A stretch of DNA of 16,751 bases, taken from the NCBI GenBank assembly GCA_046498225.1, contig JAWOBF010000121.1, forward strand, positions 1 to 16,751, given 5' to 3'. Every line of letters starts with the position of its first letter. Within the stretch, counting starts at the first letter, position 1. Positions 1 through 10,918 of the stretch are shown here, one piece after another. Source of the DNA: Candidatus Aegiribacteria sp. (lineage in GTDB: Bacteria; Fermentibacterota; Fermentibacteria; Fermentibacterales; JCC-6). Position numbers and translations under genes: made by a program. The notes beneath the pieces are model-generated. The model did no database searches. It was not told where the DNA came from and was given only the letters and a program-made list of their open reading frames with translations.

Positions 1-88
1 CTTCCAGGGAGAAAGGCAAGCTGGTAGGCGAGGCGCGTTCCTTCGGCGACTGGGACATGGCGGATTTCCTGGTGAGCATGGGAGACGT
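1..88 (+). other. Possible interrupted fragment of a host-like CDS entering the window
   Basis: Frame starting at nt 3 is open: SREKGKLVGEARSFGDWDMADFLVSMGDV. It uses AGG/GTA/GGA codons like the right-hand genes, then runs out of frame into the GC-rich mscS-like segment. Confidence 0.3.
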
Positions 89-733
89 ATCGAGGTGGAC
101 GACCGCTTCGGGGTGGTGGAGCGTGTCGGTCTGCGCTCGACCGCCTTCCGCGACGTGGACGGCGTCGTCCACCACGTCCTCAACGGGTACATCCAGCGGG
201 TCGGCAACCTCTCGCAGGAGTGGGCGCGGGCGACCCTGGACGTGCCGGTGGCCCTGGACGCCGATGTGGCCGCGGCGAAGGCCCTGATCCACCAGGTCGC
301 CGTCGACCTCGCCGCAGATCCCCTGTGGGGGCAGGACGTGATCGGCGCGCCGGAGATCTGGGGGGTGCAGGAGTACGGCCCTGACGGGGTCCGGATCCGG
401 ATCGTGATCCCCACCAAGCCGCTGCGCAACTGGGACGTCGCCCGGCAGCTGCGGGAACGGCTCAAGTACGCGTTCGACACCGCGGGTATCCGGATGCCAG
501 GCCAGCTCGTCGATCTCGGCGGGCAGCGCACCGGCTACGCCGTGCTGACCGGGCGGGCGGCGCCGGACAGCCACCTGATCGAACGTCGACCCGAGGTCGG
601 GCCGGCGGCCACGGAGGACGCCACGGCGAGCGGCGTCGAAGGCGGCGGTGGTGTCGTCGCCGAGCGCCCCGGATCGGCCCGGTGGGCTCGTCGACGTTCC
701 TCGCTCTCGCTGTTGATCGTCACCGCTCGATGA
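89..733 (+). pseudogene. MscS-family small mechanosensitive channel, C-terminal fragment without TM helices
   Basis: (GDV)IEVDDRFGVVERVGLRSTAFRDVDGVVHHVLNGYI..VGNLSQEWARATLDVPVA matches the MscS beta domain, and RERLKYAFDTAGIRMP matches the C-terminal domain. The in-frame sequence upstream of nt 89 is not MscS-like, and the tail after about 585 is low-complexity. Confidence 0.75.
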
Positions 734-905
734 AAGTTGCTAAGCCCTCGCGTTCGCCAGCCCGCCTCCACCGGAGAGCCGCCCGGCCTGATCGTTCAGG
801 CAGCAGAGACTCTGACGCGCGTTCGAGTAGGTCGTCGCCGTTCTCCTGACGCTGGCGACTCTCCGCCGATCTGCGTCCATCGCTCCGGGCTGCGCCGCCG
901 TCGTC

Positions 906-1085
906 AATAGGAAAGTGGATTCAACTCCTTCCAGTCTTCTGCATCCAGAGCAGTCCATTCATCCCGATAACTCTACGATTCCTGTCTGAGACTGACCATA
1001 CTGACCGAAACAGGCCTGGTCAAACATGCTTTCCAGCAGATCTTAGCAGGAAAAATGCATCAGGACGTACTTCCCCCTTAGGAAG
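906..1085 (-). mobile_element. Candidate oriIS end region of an IS91/ISCR-like element
   Basis: Minus strand ends GAGTTGAATCCACTTTCCTATT exactly at the GC discontinuity, resembling the ...TTCCTAT(AC) oriIS terminus as I recall it. It contains an outward-facing promoter and lies on the same strand as the transposase remnant. Confidence 0.4.
995..1023 (-). promoter_or_regulatory. Sigma70-type promoter pointing leftwards (outward)
   Basis: Minus strand TTGACC (1023-1018), 17-nt spacer, TATGGT (1000-995). Confidence 0.5.
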
Positions 1086-1647
1086 CCCGTTCGAAGTTAG
1101 GCAGTAGTCCAGATCGCACATTGAACCGGGTATCATTAAGTGAAGCCCGGTTTCTTCAAGCTTCATCTCTCATATGATAGACAGCAGGTCAGTTCTATTT
1201 CGAGAGATAATCTCTGAGTTCTTCAGGCATTTGGTGCAGACTTGTATACCCACAGGGCCTGAATTCTACGTTCCCTGGAAAGATAATGTCCCGAAGATAG
1301 AGGTCGGGTGAATAAGCTACTGACCTTATCGGGCAGGTATATCTCCCGGGCATAGTTTTGTTTCGTTTCACGGCTTCATCCCCGCTTGACCGGTGGGTTT
1401 TGTATCAGTATTCTGCAATCAAGCATTGAGATTAGTGAAAATGTGGATCATGAGGCATGCTCACCGAGCAATTCACGCAAGGGGTGAAGGGGTGAAATCC
1501 AGTTTCCTGTTGCTTTCCACGGGATACTCAGGCCTGACGGTTCGGTCCTTCTCGATGTGTACTCCCTGTCGGCATTCCAGCGGAAGGAAGAGACAGCGGC
1601 ATACGAGGTTGGCGATCCCGGTGAATTCTGGTCACCGGACAGGCACC

Positions 1648-1665
1648 ATGTATTCATGAATACAT
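1648..1665. promoter_or_regulatory. Perfect 18-bp palindrome, candidate operator
   Basis: ATGTATTCATGAATACAT is its own reverse complement. It lies about 140 bp upstream of the 1804 ORF. Confidence 0.5.
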
Positions 1666-1803
1666 TCAAATACGATGAAGAGAAAGTCGCGCTGGACAGG
1701 TGAATAGCTTTGACCGGGAGGTTCCAGCCAGCGCCGGTTTAATTCCAGCGTACCGCACCCCTCGGCGGAGCAGCCGGGCCAGGCGAAGGGAGACACAAAA
1801 CAC

Positions 1804-2121
1804 ATGAGGCTTCCCATGGTCGGTGAACGGGTAGAGATCCGCGTAGTCGGACTCCCTGATGGACTTCTGCCCGGGATACAGCTGTCCTTTTCCATCGACC
1901 TCCGGGGAGGGCCCATAGTAGTGCACGTCCCCGGGCACAACCGGGGACCGGACAACTGCACTCCTCACAATCCGGAGCAGGCGGACTGGCTTGACGGTCT
2001 TAGTGACCTTATGCGTCCCAGCTGGGACTGCCAGTGGACCCTGTATGACGAAGAGGCCATGGAGACCTTTCTCGGACTTCTGGATCCTCATCTGGAGGAA
2101 TACAAGGTCTGGATCGGCTGA
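1804..2121 (+). CDS. Hypothetical protein (105 aa)
   Basis: ATG preceded by AAGGGAG, G/C-rich third codon positions and protein-like composition. No family recognised. Confidence 0.65.
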   Translation: MRLPMVGERVEIRVVGLPDGLLPGIQLSFSIDLRGGPIVVHVPGHNRGPDNCTPHNPEQADWLDGLSDLMRPSWDCQWTLYDEEAMETFLGLLDPHLEEYKVWIG

Positions 2122-2261
2122 TCTTGATCTACTGAACCGGTCCGCGCCGGGTGACAGGAATCAGGCGGTTTCATGCGATCCGTTCTCGTGCCAGCGGATC
2201 CAATGTTTTAACAATGCGAATGTGGGCACGAAATTCAGCTGGGATCGGAGGAAGGATCGAT

Positions 2262-2678
2262 ATGCAGGAAAGACAGCTCACCGAAGAGCAGAGAACGTCT
2301 ATTCAGACTAACCTGAAAGCGGGAATGAGGATACTGACGGGGAAGCATGGCGATTCGGATCCGGCGGATACGGGGAAGACCATGGAGATGCTCCAGGAGG
2401 AGATCGCGGCAGGGTCCATCTTTCTCCTGGAAGCAGTCTCGGTGCTCATGGACTGCCTCGAGAGGGCTGTGGGCTGGAAACCTGTGACCCTCGTCGGGGA
2501 GAAATTCTCGGGAACCGCCATGGTCTCGCCGGACGGGGCATACTCTACCTACCCGGAACTGGTCATCGGTAAGGCCATGAGGAACCCCGGGGACAGTAAC
2601 CTGATGTCCTACTTCAACATGATAAGGAACGGACCGCTCCCTCCCTCCTCACCGGGCAGGTACACGGTCCTCAGCTGA
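2262..2678 (+). CDS. Hypothetical protein (138 aa; start refined from 2151 to ATG 2262)
   Basis: GGAGGAAGGA directly upstream of ATG 2262, host-like codon bias, MQERQLTEEQ...PLPPSSPGRYTVLS. Confidence 0.75.
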   Translation: MQERQLTEEQRTSIQTNLKAGMRILTGKHGDSDPADTGKTMEMLQEEIAAGSIFLLEAVSVLMDCLERAVGWKPVTLVGEKFSGTAMVSPDGAYSTYPELVIGKAMRNPGDSNLMSYFNMIRNGPLPPSSPGRYTVLS

Positions 2679-2852
2679 CGCCATGGACACCTGGGTAAGG
2701 GATAAACTTCCGGAGATATCCGGTCTTCTCCCATCAAGGAGGTGCGGGAAACTGGATGTCGCTTGACAGCTGTGACGAATCCTTGGCGGAGGCCCTCGAG
2801 TGGGTTATGATGAGCATACGGTCATTTTACTTATTCAAGGGAGGGGATCATT

Positions 2853-4202
2853 ATGCTTCCAGCTGGCAGTGGTTCCTTTTTGACGAAGGCAGCTCTCTAT
2901 GGTTTTGCTATCATGCTCGGTGGGCTTCTTTTTCCTTTCAGAACTTCGCTTACGGTTCTTCAGTTTCAACTAATCCTGCTCCCATTGACTTTTCTGTACC
3001 TGTATTCCATCAGATCGTTCTTTCTGCCCGTTCCGAAAAAGCGGAGCCGGGCTGGAACGGGGAGAAGCGCACCTGATCCAGGCATAGTGCTTCTCATTAC
3101 TATCGTTGCTCTTGTTCTTGCGGGGATTGGCATACTAATGCTTGAAACCCGAATGTTCGGGCAATTCGGATATGAATTGAACATTCCGGGTATTGCCTTC
3201 GTGCTGGTGGCGTGTCTGGCTTCAGCACTTTTCCTTTTCCTGTACAAAAAGGGTGAGTTCCTTCCATGGGCGGTGGTGATTTCCCTGGCTTTGCTTTACC
3301 TGTACAGTATCAACTATTTCCCTCTTCATCCGGAACGATCAGATATGCTTCTGTTGATAGAGGCCGCTTCCGGGAGGTTCCTTGACGGAGCAAACCCCTA
3401 CATCGAGTACACCATCTTCAACCCTGTCATGCTGACCTATCTTCCCGGCATGTGGCTTTCGTACCTTCCAGCTGTGGTGTCTGGCATGGATATCAGATAC
3501 ATGAACCTTATCCTTCTTGTTGCCTCGGCCGTTATTTTCTTCAGTAACCCGGGAAAGCAGAAGGAGATCCGGCAATCCGTGTTTGCGGCCATCTTTTTTC
3601 TGAATCCCTGGCTGATTTTCCGGCATGAAATATACCTTCCGGTTTTCATATTCCAGATGTTTCTTCTCTACCAGCTCTATCTGTCGAAGAGGATCATTCC
3701 ATCAATGGTCGTCTTCGCCTGGACCCTCGCTTCATATCAGTTTTCATGGATTCTCTATCCCCTCTATCTCGCGCTTCTGAGGAGTCGCTACGGTATGCGT
3801 GCTGCCAGTAAAGCAGCAATAGTCGGAGCAGCCGGGTTTCTGCTGCTTGTGATACCCTTTCTGGTGGCTTCGCCGGAGGGGTTCTACAAGGGAGTTTTCG
3901 GCACATGGAGTACCATATATCAGATAGAAACGATTAATCTATCGTACTGGATCATTTTGCTAACATCCACGAAGTACATTAAAATAGTACAGATAGCACT
4001 GTTGATCATCTTCTATATGGTAACGATGAAGAAGATGAAGAAAGCGGAATCCTATTTCAAATATGCTACCTGGATATCGGTGCTTTTCATTCTTACTGGT
4101 CAGCTTATCTGGCATTATTTCTTTATAATGCCGGGAATCCATATGCTGTTCTTTGCCAGGGAGAACCTGTCGGGGTCTGCTGAAGCAATAACGGCCAGCT
4201 GA
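2853..4202 (+). CDS. Polytopic membrane protein, GT-C fold / GT87 (DUF2029)-like glycosyltransferase candidate
   Basis: 449 aa with many hydrophobic helices and RBS AAGGGAGGGG. The loop SDMLLLIEAASGRFLDGANPY...LTYLPG resembles the D...G.NPY...Y.P pattern of GT87-like proteins. Confidence 0.7.
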   Translation: MLPAGSGSFLTKAALYGFAIMLGGLLFPFRTSLTVLQFQLILLPLTFLYLYSIRSFFLPVPKKRSRAGTGRSAPDPGIVLLITIVALVLAGIGILMLETRMFGQFGYELNIPGIAFVLVACLASALFLFLYKKGEFLPWAVVISLALLYLYSINYFPLHPERSDMLLLIEAASGRFLDGANPYIEYTIFNPVMLTYLPGMWLSYLPAVVSGMDIRYMNLILLVASAVIFFSNPGKQKEIRQSVFAAIFFLNPWLIFRHEIYLPVFIFQMFLLYQLYLSKRIIPSMVVFAWTLASYQFSWILYPLYLALLRSRYGMRAASKAAIVGAAGFLLLVIPFLVASPEGFYKGVFGTWSTIYQIETINLSYWIILLTSTKYIKIVQIALLIIFYMVTMKKMKKAESYFKYATWISVLFILTGQLIWHYFFIMPGIHMLFFARENLSGSAEAITAS

Positions 4203-4244
4203 TCCCCGGGAAAAGCCCATCATGCACATACAGGGGAGTTCACC

Positions 4245-4448
4245 ATGAAATACACAGAGTTCAGGGACTCCATCCGTGATTTCCTGATGCCGCGACCTGA
4301 GGATGGAATATGGAAGGAAATAAGGGTAGCTCTTTCCTTTCCCTGCAAAAGCCCCTGCCCAGAGTGGGTGAAACGGCTTGAAACCGATATAGGACTGAAT
4401 AGAAAGGAAAGGAATAGGAACATATTCTGCGATAGTTTCGCAGACTAG
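4245..4448 (+). CDS. Small hypothetical protein (67 aa)
   Basis: RBS GGGGAG at 4233-4238. Helical pattern with a W..I...L..P...PCPEWVKRLE..IGL.R motif. Confidence 0.55.
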   Translation: MKYTEFRDSIRDFLMPRPEDGIWKEIRVALSFPCKSPCPEWVKRLETDIGLNRKERNRNIFCDSFAD

Positions 4449-4457
4449 TTCCAAAGG

Positions 4458-4501
4458 ATGAGGAAGCGTTGTGCAGTTTCTACTGAAACTGCCAAGCTCA
4501 T
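4458..4501. terminator. Stem-loop, possible terminator
   Basis: Perfect core GCAGTTTC-TACT-GAAACTGC (4473-4492), extendable by ATGAG/CTCAT. It lies just after the 67-aa ORF stop but has no U tract. Confidence 0.35.
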
Positions 4502-4510
4502 TCGCTAGGG

Positions 4511-5086
4511 TTAGCAGTATATGACCTGTTTGGCTCCCTTGCGTGGTATGTGAGATGTAATCCGTGCAATCCAATCGAGGGGATCAGAAACGTCGAAGTT
4601 CCTGGCAAGCGTCGATGAAAATGCTCACCCCTGTAAAGAACTGTATCTGTGTTATCATTGAAGACCATTCTCTCCAGTGAGAACGGAGCCCTGGAAATGT
4701 ATTCACTGAGTGTCCTCCGGCCGTTGTCATCGTACGCTTCTATTGGTTCAGCACAATAGACGCTAAAGCCGCTGTGCTTTTAGGAACTCATTTTCTCCAC
4801 AAGTTCCTCCGAGATCATGTTCTCTTCGAGAAGCATCCTGAATACTGAGGTTGCAAAGAGTTCTTCAATAACTTTAAGATCACCATCACTGAACTCAGAT
4901 TTATGATGCTGGTTGCCCTCCCTGTCCAAGCAGGCATCGGTAATCAGCGCATGAACGTGGGGGTTCCAGTTGGCATGCCCCCGAAGGTCTGGGGCACGAG
5001 GATACCGCCGGAAAAGATATCCTTGCGTTCGGAGGATTCGTGCAGGAAAAGAGTAAGTGACTTCCAGGGACGCATCTGCAGAGCTG
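4511..5086 (-). pseudogene. IS91/ISCR-family rolling-circle (HUH) transposase remnant
   Basis: Manual minus-strand translation: QLCRC/fs/WKSLTLFLHE..GGILVPQTFG/fs/HANWNPHVHALITDAC...LVEKMSS*KHSGFSVY...RRTLSEYISRAPFSLERM...VLY/fs/LARNFDVSDPLDWIARITSHIPRKGAKQVIY. HUH at 4951-4959, catalytic Tyr at 4699-4701, stop at 4780-4782, frameshifts near 5069, 4980 and 4612. Confidence 0.9.
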
Positions 5087-5093
5087 AAGATAC

Positions 5094-5137
5094 GAGAAAA
5101 CCCCCGGGAGGGTTGGGGGGGACCCAGGGGTCTTCTC
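5094..5137 (-). terminator. Intrinsic terminator of the rrn operon
   Basis: Minus strand GAGAAGACCCCTGGG...CCCGGGGGTTTTCTC GC-rich hairpin about 12 nt downstream of the 5S gene. Confidence 0.8.
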
Positions 5138-5149
5138 TTTGAGAATTAA

Positions 5150-5267
5150 AGCCGGCAGTGTCCTACTCTCCCAGAAGGCGAACCAACTAGTACCATCGGC
5201 GCTGGAGGGCTTAACTACCGTGTTCGGAATGAGAACGGGTGTGGCCCCTCCGCCATGACCACCGGCA
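5150..5267 (-). rRNA. rrf: 5S ribosomal RNA
   Basis: Conserved CCCGTTCTCATTCCGAACACGG and GATGGTACT...GGGAGAGTAGG on the minus strand, with terminal helix GCCGG/CCGGC. Confidence 0.97.
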
Positions 5268-5333
5268 TTTTCCAGTTCTTTCAAATCTATGCAGGACAAT
5301 TGAGCAAACCCGTTGTAACCCTAGTAAAGAGTA

Positions 5334-8340
<3,007 letters not shown>

Positions 8341-8390
8341 AATACTAAGGTTACAGAAACGGATTATGATCTCGTTTGCCCTGCATAGAT

Positions 8391-8402
8391 GTCAAAGAAC
8401 TG
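8391..8402 (-). promoter_or_regulatory. boxA-like antitermination motif in the spacer, part of the 23S processing stem
   Basis: Minus strand CAGTTCTTTGAC. Region 8379-8402 is largely complementary to 5273-5295. Confidence 0.55.
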
Positions 8403-8439
8403 CGCGATAACCTCGCATCGAAATTTTTATCAGGCTGTC

Positions 8440-8515
8440 TGGTGGAGATGGCCGGGCTCGAACCGGCGACCCCCGGCTTGCAAAGCCGGTGCTCTCCCAA
8501 CTGAGCTACACCCCC
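8440..8515 (-). tRNA. tRNA-Ala(TGC)
   Basis: GGGGGTGTAGCTCAG...TTTGCAA...GGTTCGAG...CATCTCCACCA; G3:U70 pair; encoded CCA. Confidence 0.97.
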
Positions 8516-8540
8516 GGTAGATACCCTGGAGATGAAAGCG

Positions 8541-8617
8541 TGGTGGGCCTGACTAGAGTTGAACTAGTGACCTCACGCTTATCAGGCGTGCGCTCTGACC
8601 AACTGAGCTACAGGCCC
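8541..8617 (-). tRNA. tRNA-Ile(GAT)
   Basis: GGGCCTGTAGCTCAG...CTGATAA...AGTTCAAC...CAGGCCCACCA; encoded CCA. Confidence 0.97.
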
Positions 8618-8731
8618 ATGCATGCACGACCTCTCCAGATTAAACCTGCAGAAGGAGAAGACGGAATCGCTGACATGGCCAGCGCTCAACCTGGGTCTGG
8701 CGAAAGATGTTACCCTTTCGCCCTACACCTT

Positions 8732-10308
<1,577 letters not shown>

Positions 10309-10440
10309 TATTTATATAGGGTTATTTGCCTGTATAGTCGCTATGCTCTTGTTTCGGTCCGGATCTGCCATAGCAAACAGATCCTGCCCCTTCCGGGGCC
10401 ATGTCCCGACCGCTGTGGATCGGGCCAAGGAACCAACACG

Positions 10441-10468
10441 GGCCATGCTTTGCGATTCACGTCTTCTC
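10441..10468 (-). other. 5' arm of the 16S RNase III processing stem (partner at about 8655-8680)
   Basis: + strand GGCCATGCTTTGCGATTCACGTCTTCTC is nearly the reverse complement of GAGAAGACGGAATCGCTGACATGGCC in the ITS. Confidence 0.7.
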
Positions 10469-10508
10469 ACATATTTCAAATATCTGGCGCCTTTCAGCGC
10501 GAATGTAT

Positions 10509-10537
10509 AACCTAGGACAAAACTATTCTGTTGTCAA
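10509..10537 (-). promoter_or_regulatory. rrn promoter (proximal)
   Basis: Minus strand TTGACA (10537-10532), 17-nt spacer, TAGGTT (10514-10509). Confidence 0.7.
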
Positions 10538-10604
10538 CTCCGAGAACTCTTTTTACTTCACCGGAATCAACCGCTTCTGTAAGCTCTGTCCCAAGTGGAA
10601 CCCG

Positions 10605-10633
10605 TATATGTGAACAAGAAATACGTATGTCAA
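10605..10633 (-). promoter_or_regulatory. Possible second (distal) rrn promoter
   Basis: Perfect TTGACA (10633-10628) with only a weak -10 (CATATA at 17 nt). It lies 96 bp upstream of the proximal promoter, like tandem P1/P2. Confidence 0.45.
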
Positions 10634-10918
10634 GGGAGGTATGTAATTCGATGATCCCGCACCAATTACGACAGACATTCGACGCTACGTGCAACAATAT
10701 ATGAACAACTGAGACCTGAAGAAAGTTCCCGGTGCGGAAAGCGAACGCGGCAGACGGCATCCCACCCGAAAAGCATATCCAGTGGAGTAGACGGATATGC
10801 CGGTCTGCCGTTACGGTTTGTTCCTGCAGGCGCGCATCCTTATTATTGTGTGTAGTCGGTGTCGGGCGACGCTACGAAGGCAGTTCGACCATGAGAAAGA
10901 ACGGAAGGCTGTGATACT

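Noticed and set aside
1195..1371. 58-codon minus-strand ORF ending ...QMPEELRDYLSK
   Set aside because: Protein-like end but no clear RBS or recognisable family. Possibly a remnant, but unsupported.
1478..1497. Short tandem AAGGGGTG(A) repeat
   Set aside because: Only two units, with no spacer structure or further copies.
1393..2091. ORFs 1393-1659(+), 1448-1669(-), 1632-1961(-), 1666-2091(-)
   Set aside because: No motifs or RBS. The longer ones are antisense shadows of the 1804-2121 gene.
1804..4448. Integron cassette array of tandem + strand ORFs
   Set aside because: No attC-like RYYYAAC...GTTRRRY inverted structures in the spacers and no integrase.
3960..5299. ORFs 3960-4574(-), 4901-5299(-), 4903-5142(+)
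   Set aside because: They overlap the membrane gene, the transposase remnant, the terminator or 5S, and are not coherent proteins.
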